Source: Xylella taiwanensis (GTDB lineage Bacteria; Pseudomonadota; Gammaproteobacteria; Xanthomonadales; Xanthomonadaceae). From it: 32,000 nt of DNA. The stretch is from the NCBI RefSeq assembly GCF_013177435.1, contig NZ_CP053627.1, forward strand, positions 1,380,001-1,412,000. Reading direction: 5' to 3'. The position numbers and the translations under genes are program-made. Each line of letters begins with the position of its first letter. Position 1 is the first letter of the stretch. Below are positions 1 through 9,899 of the stretch, piece by piece. The notes below the pieces were generated by a model, which saw only the letters and a program-made list of their open reading frames with translations, was not told where the DNA came from and ran no database searches.

Positions 1-841
1 AAAGTCTACCGCAAGAGCAGAATGAACAAGAAAGCTGGAAGAACGCAGGAAGGAAATCATGGAAGGCAGATAAACATTGTACGGCAGTCCTGTCAACCCT
101 TAACTTCAATTGAAAAGATTGTGTTTACAGTGACTGAGAGTCGTTGCAATTGCCGTTTGTGCGGGATGCAGACATACTTTTTTGTTTCCTAATATAGGGT
201 TACGCTTTGGCTCGGCTATAGCCGACCAGATAATCAAGTGTTTAGATATGTAACATGATGGGTTCTCGGCTCAAAGACCCCATACTCATATCCAGTGTTG
301 GCATTGGCATCCACCCGCGTGATGGCCAACGTACCGAAGGTGTCCAATACGTGCTCATATCAGCGAAAGGTACGTTTAAGAAACGGTATGAGCAAATCTT
401 ATTGACTCTTCATTATTCTATGGACCTGAGTTGACGCCCAAGCTCTTATGGAACTGGAAACATCCAAATGGCCGGTGGTGGCAGGTGCCCTGGGTTAGGC
501 TGGTATCACGAGTCTCTTTACAGACATCTCGACCACCCTGGTTTCGACGAACATCGGCATCTTTAGGGATACCGATGCTGGATGGCCGGTTGGTAAAGAC
601 AGAAAAGATGAGATGACGGGGTGACCTGCTTAAGAACCGCTATCTAGCCTAGCTGATCATCCAGGCCAGATGCCAGAAAATGAATCACTGCTGCTGATGG
701 AGGGGCTGGGAATGCGCCATCGTTACACTCAACATTATCTGCAAATCCAATAAGCTGCCTTGCAGAAAACGTTGTGGCGTTGGTCGGTTTACCCAGCACC
801 ACTGGCAAAGCTCTGTGTATAGAAAGCAGAGCCAACGCTGT

Positions 842-3025
842 TCAATTGGCCCAATGTCCCGGTGCAGTGGACTGTAAAAGCACCTGTGCCGATAGTAACT
901 GGTCATTCTCTAGCAGGTTGATCGTATCGGCCAGGATCGCAGCGGATTCATGCAATAACGGGTCGGGGCGCTTGTCGGCTAGCTTTTCACGTGCGGTGTC
1001 CTTGGCGATATCACGCTCGTTACCAATAAGTCCATCGTCATTATCCTCAGACAAAGGATCGAGCTGTAAACCAAGCTTTTTCCGAATAGTCTGGCGCTCT
1101 CTGTTCTGACTTTCTTGCTTTTTACGTTCTGCAAGGCGTTCGGCTTCGTTAAGTATGACGTACTTCTTTTCCTTTTCCAGACGGAAATTACGCACATCCT
1201 CTTTCCACCATTTAAATTCAATGTCATTGTCAGTACGGTTGAGATGCATTTTTTTCAGCTTTGTTAGTAGCGGAATGAAATTACCGTATTGGGTATGTTG
1301 GAGCGATGCAATCCTAGTCCAGGGTAAGGCATTATCATAAGTGCTCTCACCAAACTCAGTCGCACCTACGCTTGCTGGGAAAGCGATGTCTGGTACCACT
1401 CCTTTGTGCTGCGTGCTGGATCCGCTGATACGGAAGAATTGCGCGATGGTCAGTTTGACCTGGCCGAATCGCCGACTTTCGTTGGCCGGCCAGCGATCTA
1501 AGTCGACAATGTTCTGGACGGTACCTTTACCGAAGCTGGTCTCTCCAATCACCAAACCACGCCCATAGTCTTGGATGGCTCCGGCAAAGATCTCCGATGC
1601 CGAAGCGGATCCACGGTTAATCAATACTGCCAGTGGGCCGTCCCAGGTCACTTTGTCGTCGCGATCGCCGTTGACAGTCACACGGCCCCCGGCTTCGCGT
1701 ACCTGCACCACAGGACCCTGTTCGATGAATAGACCAGTTAGCTCGATAGCCTCATCCAGCGAGCCCCCGCCGTTGTTACGCAGATCGAGTACCACACCAT
1801 CGACTTTGTCAGCCTTGAAGTTGGTCAAGAGCTTAGCTACATCTCGTGTTGCAGACGTATAGTTGGTGACGTTACGGCGGCGTCCTTCGAAGTCTTGGTA
1901 GAACGTTGGCAGCTTGATGATGCCGATGCGACGCTGTGGCTCGCCGTTGCTGGCTCCTATGGTAATGGTTTCACTCTTCGCTGCTTGTTCAGCTAAGCGG
2001 ACCTTCTGCCGTGTAAGAGTCACAATACGGTGTGCGCCGTCGATTCCAGACTCGGCAGGAATATATTCCAACCGTACCTGGGTGTCTTTCTTGCCGCGGA
2101 TCTTGGACACAACATCGTCGATGCGTAAACCAATGACATCTTCGATTAGACCGTTTTTTCCCTGACCAACGCCGACGATGCGATCACCAGGTTTGAGCGT
2201 CCCATCCAAAGCAGTTGGGCCGCCGGGAATGACTTCACGGATGACCACCATGTCTTCCTGCTTTTGCAGCTGGGCGCCGATACCTTCCAGCGACAGTGAC
2301 ATCTGTTGGTTGAAAGCCTCAGCAGTACGTGGAGTGAAGTAGTCGGTATGCGGATCGATCGCATTAGTGTATGCATTGAGATACAACTGAAAGATGTCTT
2401 CACCCTTAAGCTCGTTGACCGTCTTAACAAGGTTGCCATAGCGTTTGTTAAGAGTTTTCCGGATGTCTTCGGGCTTCTTGCCGGCCAGCTTCAGACGTAG
2501 CCAATCGTTCATTGTCGATCGGCGCCAAAGGTTGTCGAGCTCTTGCGGGTTGGCTGGCCATGGCGCTTTGCTACGATCGTATTCGTACTTTTCCTGGCCG
2601 GAAAAGTCGAAGTTCTGCTTGAGTAACTGATTTGCATAGGAGACACGTTCAGCAACGCGCTTTTTATACACCGCAAATATGCTAAACGCCGGCTGGAGAT
2701 TGCCGTTACGGATTGAATCCGGTATATCGGCTTGTAATGTTACGAAGCTGTCGATATCGGCTTGAGTAAAAAATTGCTTACTGCTGTCCAGGGCTTCCAA
2801 GTAGCGCTTGAAAATGTCTTTGGACATTGCTTCGTTAAGTGGGCGCAGCCGGTAAGCATAACGGCTGTCTGAAAGCAAACCATACACCAGCTTGGCCGCT
2901 GTACTTTGATCTGACGTAGCTGCTTGAGGAGGTGTGGGGTCCGATTTAGCCATCAACGCCGGAGCAGTAGTGATGGCCAGGGTTAGCAGGGCAGCTTTTA
3001 AGGAGTTAAGGATTCGGAAACTCAT
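842..3025 (-). CDS. prc: Tail-specific / carboxy-terminal processing protease (S41 family)
   Basis: The ORF is 727 aa with a signal-like N-terminus (LLTLAITTAPALMA). It has a PDZ-like block (GIGAQL..VVIREVIPGGPTALDG). The S41 catalytic region reads NRGSASASEIFAGAIQDYGRGLVIGETSFGKGTVQ. Confidence 0.9.
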   Translation of the reverse strand: MSFRILNSLKAALLTLAITTAPALMAKSDPTPPQAATSDQSTAAKLVYGLLSDSRYAYRLRPLNEAMSKDIFKRYLEALDSSKQFFTQADIDSFVTLQADIPDSIRNGNLQPAFSIFAVYKKRVAERVSYANQLLKQNFDFSGQEKYEYDRSKAPWPANPQELDNLWRRSTMNDWLRLKLAGKKPEDIRKTLNKRYGNLVKTVNELKGEDIFQLYLNAYTNAIDPHTDYFTPRTAEAFNQQMSLSLEGIGAQLQKQEDMVVIREVIPGGPTALDGTLKPGDRIVGVGQGKNGLIEDVIGLRIDDVVSKIRGKKDTQVRLEYIPAESGIDGAHRIVTLTRQKVRLAEQAAKSETITIGASNGEPQRRIGIIKLPTFYQDFEGRRRNVTNYTSATRDVAKLLTNFKADKVDGVVLDLRNNGGGSLDEAIELTGLFIEQGPVVQVREAGGRVTVNGDRDDKVTWDGPLAVLINRGSASASEIFAGAIQDYGRGLVIGETSFGKGTVQNIVDLDRWPANESRRFGQVKLTIAQFFRISGSSTQHKGVVPDIAFPASVGATEFGESTYDNALPWTRIASLQHTQYGNFIPLLTKLKKMHLNRTDNDIEFKWWKEDVRNFRLEKEKKYVILNEAERLAERKKQESQNRERQTIRKKLGLQLDPLSEDNDDGLIGNERDIAKDTAREKLADKRPDPLLHESAAILADTINLLENDQLLSAQVLLQSTAPGHWAN

Positions 3026-3177
3026 TAATTTACTCTAGAGGACGAGGCCGTTTTAGGTCAGGCAAGTTGCAAAACAGCCTAACGCTACGACTGCCGAAAA
3101 ATATGAACGCGCACGTACACGCTGTAAATGCACGTCTCATGGATCAGTGCATTAGGTGCTTATCCTAAATACTGTGA

Positions 3178-3197
3178 AGGTTCTTATAAAAGAACCT
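3178..3197. other. Perfect 8-bp stem / 4-nt loop hairpin (AGGTTCTT-ATAA-AAGAACCT) about 150 nt upstream of prc
   Basis: The inverted repeat was read directly from the sequence. No U-tract follows on either strand, so its role (terminator, attenuator or protein site) is undetermined. Confidence 0.3.
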
Positions 3198-4020
3198 CGC
3201 AAGTTTCTCCAATGAATTGATATATATAGAGTTAATGATCCTGTTGACAAAGTCACAACCGAAGAAGGCAAAGTTGTCACTGATGGAACTGATTGAAGCG
3301 TTGATCTAAGGAAAACCGAACGGCCATTTTCACGCGTGCTATCAAGCCGTTTCAACGGAAACGCCCGAGATGAGATTGCTGCCGTTGCAGTACGAATACA
3401 TCGGGATGAGGACATTGCCGAGGTGATCCGAACTCAACCGCACAGCGATGTTCAACATCTATTGGCTACGTGATGCACTTGTGATGAACCCTATAATAAA
3501 CCGATAGGATGAGTCGATGTAAAACAGAAGTTGCTAATAGATCACCGATTTCCTATCAAATGAATACCAAGATTGCTGAAAATGCTTGGCGTATTACGGA
3601 CACGCATGACACATACAAATAGTGTCGCTGGGTACTGAGTTATCGTTGTGCACGTTGTGCTTGTACTCTGTATCCATTGCGTATCAGGTCGCAAAATGAT
3701 TGCAAGCAGGGATCAAGGCGCGGCTTACCCTGTTTCTGCAGGAATCGCGCGACTCACTTATGCTGAACGAATCCTATATGCGTCTGTCGGTTGATATGTT
3801 TTCCAGAAATATCAATAAAAACCTTTGGTCAGCTTGTTCGCATGCATTTAGGTGGCCAATGGAAGATCAATTGTTCATATATGGGAATCTTCCGTGTAGG
3901 TGATGTAGGGTTCTCATCACGCATGGTTGGCACAACATCGTCAATCGCCTTCTTGTCCTTAAAGCCTTGATGAAAATAGGTGCTTCGTAATTGATCATCA
4001 CGCTGACAATACCGTTGAAA

Positions 4021-5010
4021 TCATCCCCAATCAGACAGCAAACGCACCAAACCCTCTTCGATAGACACACGTGGCACGTAGCCAAAGTCACGTTTGGCTG
4101 GCACCATGCTGTACCAATGTGGAGTAGACATCTGCTCAACGAGGAACCGTGTTAGCAATGGTTCGCCGGGAAGGGGCAGTAACGACCACAGCATCTCGCA
4201 TAATGCACCAATGCGGTAACCCGCCTTGAATGACAGTGACTTGGTCACCTGTGGCGCGTTCACAGCGGCGAGCAGCTTATTGATCAATTCGCGCATCGGC
4301 AACGGCTCACCGTTGGAGATGAAATAAGCCTTGCCAGCACAAGCTGCTCCTGGCGTGAGATGGTCGAACACATCGAAATGTGCCTGTGCGGCATTGTCAA
4401 TGTAGGTGCTATCTACCAAGTTACTACCATCGCCGATCAGACACAGTCGCCCAGCGCGCGCGCGCGCCACCAAGCGCGGCACCAAGTGCTGGTCACCTGG
4501 GCCCCATATCATGCGTGGGCGCAGTGCCACGGTGCTTAAGTCAGGACCGTTGGCTGCCAACACTGCCTGTTCAGCAATTGCCTTAGTCGCCGCGTATGGC
4601 ACTTTGACGTCTTTGCTATATGGCACTTGGTCCGCATCCAAACCTCCAACCGGGTAAGTGAAACGATGAATCACACTCGGGCTAGAGGTATACACCAACT
4701 TACCGATGTTCTCAGCACGACAAGCATCCAGAACGTGTTGTGTGCCAACCACATTGACCTGGTGGTAATTGGTGTAGGAACCCCATGCACCTACCTTGGC
4801 AGCATTATGGAAAACTGCGTCCATACCACGGACTGCGTGCCGCACCGCGTGCAAATCGGTCAGATCTCCGCAAATCTGGACAACACCCAGCGCTTGTAGT
4901 GTGTGGTAGTAACCACGCTGGAAGCTGAGCACTTGATAGCCACGCTTGAGTAGCCCTCGGCACAGTGCTTGGCCCAGGAACCCGCCGCCGCCGGTAACGA
5001 GGATTTTCAT
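4021..5010 (-). CDS. NAD(P)-dependent 3-beta-hydroxysteroid dehydrogenase/epimerase family reductase, OleD-like
   Basis: The ORF track gives 4021..5103 from a GTG start. Homologues start at [13 protein letters not shown] (Rossmann GxxGxxG), which is the ATG at 5010. A YxxxK motif is present ([10 protein letters not shown]). The overall sequence resembles the OleD reductases of Xanthomonadaceae olefin clusters as I recall them. Confidence 0.8.
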   Translation of the reverse strand: MKILVTGGGGFLGQALCRGLLKRGYQVLSFQRGYYHTLQALGVVQICGDLTDLHAVRHAVRGMDAVFHNAAKVGAWGSYTNYHQVNVVGTQHVLDACRAENIGKLVYTSSPSVIHRFTYPVGGLDADQVPYSKDVKVPYAATKAIAEQAVLAANGPDLSTVALRPRMIWGPGDQHLVPRLVARARAGRLCLIGDGSNLVDSTYIDNAAQAHFDVFDHLTPGAACAGKAYFISNGEPLPMRELINKLLAAVNAPQVTKSLSFKAGYRIGALCEMLWSLLPLPGEPLLTRFLVEQMSTPHWYSMVPAKRDFGYVPRVSIEEGLVRLLSDWG

Positions 5011-5396
5011 AAAAATGTGACCATCATTACTGACTGGAGCAGTGACAGCGAGAAGATTAGTACGTTGCGACCTCCATTCACTCGCGACAATCCATGCCAC
5101 CACAGGGTCTAAAGAAGCATGTCTCTGCCAAACGAAATCACCAATAGTTCACATAGCACCCACGGCAAAACAACACTGGGGGTAATAAAAGATGGGAAGT
5201 GGTGTCACAACTAACCTGCGATATACCAGCACCATTGCGCTGGTGTCTGGATTGAACTCGTTATGATAAAAAATCAGTCATCTTCAGATTGTGGCAATCC
5301 AGGGAGTACACAAGCGAGTATTGCTGATAACCCCCTGTTTTGCCGCCGCTGCCGTACAGCAATCTCCCCCTGCTTAGATGCACTCCGTCATCTGGG

Positions 5397-5828
5397 TTAG
5401 TCGATCAGAGTCAAAACGACGTCGATATTTCCACGAGTTGCATTGGAGTACGGACAAACTCGATGAGCCTTGTCAACCAAGGTCTGCAGCATGCTGCGCT
5501 CCATACCTGATACGGCAATGCGCAGTTCGACAACTAGCCCGAAACCATCAGGAATTTGACCAATGCCAACACGGCCTTCAATGCGTGGTTCGTCCGGTAA
5601 ATTCACTTTCTCCTGGTTAGCAACAAACTTCAGAGCACCAATGAAACAGGCGGAATACCCCGCAGCAAACAGTTGCTCTGGATTGGTACCAGAGCCACCC
5701 GGGCCACCTAATTCCTGTGGAGCGGATAGTTTGACGTTTAACAAGTTGTCGGAAGATACGACGTTGCCATCACGGCCACCAGTTGCTGTAACAATGGCGG
5801 TGTAAAGAATCTTCTCGGGTGAAGCCAT
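5397..5828 (-). CDS. ohr: Organic hydroperoxide resistance protein Ohr (OsmC/Ohr family thiol peroxidase)
   Basis: The ORF is 143 aa. Both catalytic Cys contexts are present (GYSACF and HRVCPYSNATRG). It is a close match to remembered Xylella/Xanthomonas Ohr. Confidence 0.93.
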   Translation of the reverse strand: MASPEKILYTAIVTATGGRDGNVVSSDNLLNVKLSAPQELGGPGGSGTNPEQLFAAGYSACFIGALKFVANQEKVNLPDEPRIEGRVGIGQIPDGFGLVVELRIAVSGMERSMLQTLVDKAHRVCPYSNATRGNIDVVLTLID

Positions 5829-5917
5829 GGTAGTTGTCCTGTCAGATGAAGGCGTAATCGTGTCAGAAGAATTTCAATTTTTGCAATAGTTGTTGCGTGC
5901 GATATACCAACACTATG

Positions 5918-6262
5918 TCAACACTGATGCATTTCAGCGCAAGCGTCTCGTAGCACATCGAATGTGCTCTTAAGCCGTTTCAACTCCTCAAGGTCATAGG
6001 AACTGAAACACAGTACCCACTTTGGCACATTACTGAAAGGAACACGCAAAGTTCAGCCTCCATCGGTTAGAGCGGTGATCACCTAACGTACGGCTGCGGA
6101 TTATTAAGCACATACTTTGTTAACGTTATTAATTACAAAAACATGATGCTTGCCGATCTCCGAAACAGTACGTCGATTCTCATAACGCACGATATCTATA
6201 TAGTGTGTGCATCACTCTATATGCTTTATTGATGAGCCGATGAGAGAGCATGATGTCAAGAT
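5918..6262 (-). pseudogene. ohrR: Decayed ohrR (MarR-family organic peroxide sensor/repressor)
   Basis: A single minus-strand frame reads ENRRTVSEIGKHHVFVINNVNKVCA**SAAVR*VITALTDGG*TLRVPFSNVPKWVLCFSSYDLEELKRLKSTFDVLRDACAEMHQC*. It carries four in-frame stops. It parallels OhrR blocks such as LTVSEIG, ERQVIIALTETGRAL and VPEQVFCASG.SLDEL..LK. The N-terminal part (LDIMLSHRLINKAYRV) lies in another frame and is shortened. Confidence 0.7.
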
Positions 6263-6329
6263 TTCTAGCCAGGAATGTGGCCCCATTAACTGACATGCAG
6301 CACCGTTGACAAACATAGCGGAGAGAAGA

Positions 6330-7502
6330 TCAGGCACGATGTGCAGTGGCTAGATATTCAGCACTTTGCATCTCATTTAAGCGTGAGGCAGTACGTTCAA
6401 ACGCCGTTGCTAAGCGGTCACCGTTATACAGTTGCAGCGGTGTACCGGATGCGGTGCAAATCAAGTTGACTTGGCGATCGTATAGTTCGTCAATCAGGTT
6501 GACGAAGCGTTGTGCCGCGTCCTCATTCAAAGGATTGAAGTGCGGAATGCCACCGATCAGCACCGTATTGAATTCACGTGCGATCTCAATGTAGTCAGTA
6601 GTACTGCGTGGCCCCTCACATAACACGGTGAAGTCAAGCCAAGCAATGCTTTTACCACGGGCACGCACTGGAATCTTGCGTCCGTCGATGACAATGTTGC
6701 CTGGATGAGGCGTAGCGCCTCCGCTCAGCTCGGCCCAACGCTGGGCCAACCAAGCATCGGCCTGCGTGTCCAACGGCGTACGGTACACAGGCGAAGCTGT
6801 TAATGCGCGCATACGATAGTCCTCAGTGCCTTCAGCATACAACTCCACGCAGTAATGCTTTAGCAAGTCAATCGCGGGCAGGAAGCTATCGCGCTGTAGA
6901 CCGTTGCAATAAAGCTTCTCCGGCGCAGTGTTGGAGGTGGTCACCAGGATGACTCCCTCTGCAAACAGGTGCTCAAGCAGACGCGCAAGTAACATCGCAT
7001 CGCCAATATCGGCAACGAAGAATTCGTCCAATACCAACACACGCAAGTTGCCACGCCATTCTTTTGCAATCTTGGCCAGAGGGTCACTTTGCCCGGTATG
7101 CACCCGCAAACGCTGATGTACACCACGCATGAAACGGTGGAAGTGAGTACGGTACTTACCGCCCCCGAAAGTAGCGGTTGAGATAGGGGATTTAGGCTCT
7201 TGAATATCCTCGCTCCACTGGCGTTCGGCGATAAATTTACTAAGGGGTAAGCCATCGTAGAACAGGTCTACCAAAAAAGTCTTACCGCGGCCTACACCAC
7301 CCCAAAAGTACAAGCCTTGCACCAACTCGGGCTTTTTCCAGAACGTTGCAAGACGGTCCAACCAGCGGTTCTGCGGATTGTGAATGATTGCGTTATGGAT
7401 ACGATCCAACTCTGCCAAGGCTGCATGTTGGGCAAGATCGTCGTTCCAATTGCCATGTTCCACGCCGGCGGCATAGCGTTGCGAAGGGGTCATTTCGGTC
7501 AT
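6330..7502 (-). CDS. zapE: Cell division protein ZapE (AFG1-like AAA ATPase)
   Basis: The ORF is 390 aa. It has Walker A GGVGRGKT, the HFHRFM block and Walker B VLVLDEFFVADIGDAM. An extra segment of about 30 aa follows the Walker A region (see findings). Confidence 0.85.
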   Translation of the reverse strand: MTEMTPSQRYAAGVEHGNWNDDLAQHAALAELDRIHNAIIHNPQNRWLDRLATFWKKPELVQGLYFWGGVGRGKTFLVDLFYDGLPLSKFIAERQWSEDIQEPKSPISTATFGGGKYRTHFHRFMRGVHQRLRVHTGQSDPLAKIAKEWRGNLRVLVLDEFFVADIGDAMLLARLLEHLFAEGVILVTTSNTAPEKLYCNGLQRDSFLPAIDLLKHYCVELYAEGTEDYRMRALTASPVYRTPLDTQADAWLAQRWAELSGGATPHPGNIVIDGRKIPVRARGKSIAWLDFTVLCEGPRSTTDYIEIAREFNTVLIGGIPHFNPLNEDAAQRFVNLIDELYDRQVNLICTASGTPLQLYNGDRLATAFERTASRLNEMQSAEYLATAHRA

Positions 7503-7546
7503 ATCGGATTCTATGGCTGCAGTACGGGCGCAGCCTGCTTGTGGAT

Positions 7547-8215
7547 CTATGGCAGCTGCGGTAACCAGCTACGCACACTGTCTTGGATAGCATCGCGTAA
7601 GTTAATCAACTTGCGATGGAAAAAGTGGCTGGTGTCAGGCATACGTATCAGCTTAGGCTGGCGCGGCAATGTGCGGATCCAATCATAGACAGCTTGAGGG
7701 TCAACAACTTCGTCAGCATCACCTTGGATCAGCAACCAACGTTCCGGAGGATGCACGTTACTGAGGTCCCAGCGCCCAGCTGGTGGTGCGATTGAAATCA
7801 GCGCTTGCGACTCCAATTCCTCAGCAACGTGCAACGATACGTAAGCACCGAAGCTGAAGCCGGCCAACCACAATGTACTGTCGGGGCGTTGCACACGCAC
7901 CCAAGCGGCCACTGCACGCAAGTCCGCACGTTCACCGTTGCCATCATCAAACTTGCCATCTGAAGCGCCAACACTGCGGAAATTAAAGCGCACGGTCATC
8001 ATGCCTAATTCGCGCAATGCACGTGCAGTCATTGTCACGACCTTGTTATGCATACTTCCTCCCTCGGTAGAGAGCGGATGGCAAACAATCGCAATCGCCG
8101 ACTGCGCAGTGACATCGAACTCCGGAAAGTCGACTGCAACTTCGAGCGATCCAACGGGACCTTCTAAAAATAGAGTACCGGAGGTGTGGGGGAATACTGG
8201 ATTCAGCATACCCAT
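7547..8215 (-). CDS. Alpha/beta hydrolase (COG2945-like)
   Basis: The ORF is 222 aa. It has the nucleophile elbow GFSFG, a C-terminal D..H context (GDADEVV ... DTSHFF), and sits 44 nt downstream of zapE on the same strand. Confidence 0.75.
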   Translation of the reverse strand: MGMLNPVFPHTSGTLFLEGPVGSLEVAVDFPEFDVTAQSAIAIVCHPLSTEGGSMHNKVVTMTARALRELGMMTVRFNFRSVGASDGKFDDGNGERADLRAVAAWVRVQRPDSTLWLAGFSFGAYVSLHVAEELESQALISIAPPAGRWDLSNVHPPERWLLIQGDADEVVDPQAVYDWIRTLPRQPKLIRMPDTSHFFHRKLINLRDAIQDSVRSWLPQLP

Positions 8216-8490
8216 ATCATAGCTGCCCTACGGCATGTATTCATCATGGATACAGCCCGAGTCACAGCGTCATATACTTTGCGACCCCTGGTGTCTCATG
8301 AACCACATCGCCAGAATGTGGATGACATACGTTTCGTTTTGGTGAACCTTTCAACGGAATTGATGCTGGTCATCATCATCATTGACTGACACCATCAATG
8401 CGGTTTTCCAGAGCGTAATATCGCGTTCAAGCGCATTGTCCTTAGTCATGACGACCACGGCACCACACACACTCAGCTCGGCCTCAGATT

Positions 8491-8516
8491 AGCGATTGCG
8501 ACACGCGACAATCGCT
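8491..8516 (-). terminator. Possible terminator hairpin downstream of the COG0523 gene
   Basis: The structure is AGCGATTG-(10 nt)-CAATCGCT, an 8-bp perfect stem starting 31 nt past the stop codon. No U-tract follows. Confidence 0.3.
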
Positions 8517-8547
8517 TTAGGGATGCACCAGACGCTCGACGTAACAT

Positions 8548-9876
8548 TCAGCGCTGCCATTGTGGGAATGGATCTGGCAGTGCGCTCCAATACATCGGCC
8601 CCATCCTTAGCTCTTCGTTGCTGAGCAAACAAGCATCCAATTCATGACGTGCAACATCCTCATCCATATCCAAACCAATGACCGCCAGTTCCTGGCGGCG
8701 GTCGCCCCATTGGGGATGCCACAGGCGCTGCATCGCCGCATATTCACCAGGATCGCTAACTTCATGCGGCGCAGGAAATGGTGCGTTCCAACAAGCACTC
8801 TGTTGACGTTGCCAACCCAGCTCGGTGTAGGGGAGGGGAGCAATGCCAATCTGTGGCGGCATATTTTCCTCATGTACGTCGACACGGTGCCGCGCAGCGT
8901 ACCAAAAGCCGGCTGCCTGGGTGCGGGTGGCACTGCCAACACTGGACAATTCGCCAACCCAATCCATACGACTGGCTAACCAGAAGAAGCCTTTACTGCG
9001 AATCACACCAGGCAGACCATGACCAAGCAAATAGCTGAAGCGTAATGGGTGAAATGGGCGGCGTGCGCGGTAAACAAAACTAGTGATCCCGTACTCCTCG
9101 GTCTCAGGAGTGTGTTCGCCACGCAGCTCACGCATCCAACCCGGCGCAAGCTGGGCGCGGGTGAAATCGAAGCGCCCAGTACCAACCAGCTGCTGTAAGG
9201 GTACCTCGCCAAGGCGTGCTTCGATGATCTGCGCGTCGCGGTTAAGCCCCCGCACGACTGCACGGACGCGTGCAAGCTGCATAGTATCGATGAGGTCACA
9301 CTTGCTGATGACGATGGTGTCAGCAAACTCGATCTGCTCGCCAAGCAGGTCGGCAAGGCTGCGAGTATCGTCGGAATTTGCTTGTTGGCCTAATTCAGCC
9401 AATGTAGCCACTGAGCTGAATAGCGTCGTAAATTGGCTGCCGTCAACAACTGTTGCCATGGTATCTAAACGTGCCACATCTGTAAGACAAAAGCCCTCGG
9501 CATCCCGCACAGCGAATGTTGCGGCGACTGGCATCGGCTCGCCAATGCCAGTAGATTCGATCAACAGGTAATCGTAGCGTTGCTCCAACGCAAGACGCTT
9601 AACCTCCTTCGACAAATCATCGCGCAGCGTGCAACAGATACAGCCGTTGCTGAATTCCACTAATGTCTCCTCGGTACGGCTGAGAGCAGCCCCTCCATCA
9701 CGCACCAACTGCGCATCAATGTTGACCTCACTCATGTCGTTAACGATCACGGCCACGCGGAGACCATCACGGTTATGTAACAGGCGATTCAACAAAGTCG
9801 TCTTACCGGCACCAAGAAAACCTGACAAAACGGTAACAGGCAAGTGGAAATCGAAGGGATGTGTAAGCGTTGACAT
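8548..9876 (-). CDS. COG0523 / G3E-family GTPase (CobW/ZigA-like putative zinc metallochaperone)
   Basis: The ORF is 442 aa. It has Walker [13 protein letters not shown], the CxCC metal motif GCICCT, an ESTG switch, and a long Trp/His-rich C-terminal domain. Confidence 0.85.
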   Translation of the reverse strand: MSTLTHPFDFHLPVTVLSGFLGAGKTTLLNRLLHNRDGLRVAVIVNDMSEVNIDAQLVRDGGAALSRTEETLVEFSNGCICCTLRDDLSKEVKRLALEQRYDYLLIESTGIGEPMPVAATFAVRDAEGFCLTDVARLDTMATVVDGSQFTTLFSSVATLAELGQQANSDDTRSLADLLGEQIEFADTIVISKCDLIDTMQLARVRAVVRGLNRDAQIIEARLGEVPLQQLVGTGRFDFTRAQLAPGWMRELRGEHTPETEEYGITSFVYRARRPFHPLRFSYLLGHGLPGVIRSKGFFWLASRMDWVGELSSVGSATRTQAAGFWYAARHRVDVHEENMPPQIGIAPLPYTELGWQRQQSACWNAPFPAPHEVSDPGEYAAMQRLWHPQWGDRRQELAVIGLDMDEDVARHELDACLLSNEELRMGPMYWSALPDPFPQWQR

Positions 9877-9899
9877 AGCAATCCACCACGTTAGTTATA

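Noticed and set aside
644-835. A 63-codon ORF beginning 6 nt after the prc stop on the same strand, a possible co-transcribed small gene.
   Set aside because: Its start codon is TTG with no RBS. It overlaps another equally weak ORF (685-906), and I recognise no family. The evidence is insufficient to call a gene.
8440-8452. A 13-nt exact repeat, GTCCTTAGTCATG, present at about 8440 and about 12400.
   Set aside because: Roughly a dozen such matches are expected by chance in a 32-kb window counting both strands, and the flanking sequence is not similar.
9083-9571. Long ORFs antisense to well-supported genes. Examples are 9083-9571 (+, 162 aa), 26130-26612 (-, 160 aa), 28480-28995 (+, 171 aa), 774-1109 (+), 20045-20437 (+) and 29842-30228 (+).
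   Set aside because: Each lies fully within, and antisense to, a gene with strong family motifs. Their compositions are Arg/Ser/Cys/Pro-rich with low-complexity runs, which is typical of shadow ORFs. None has an RBS.
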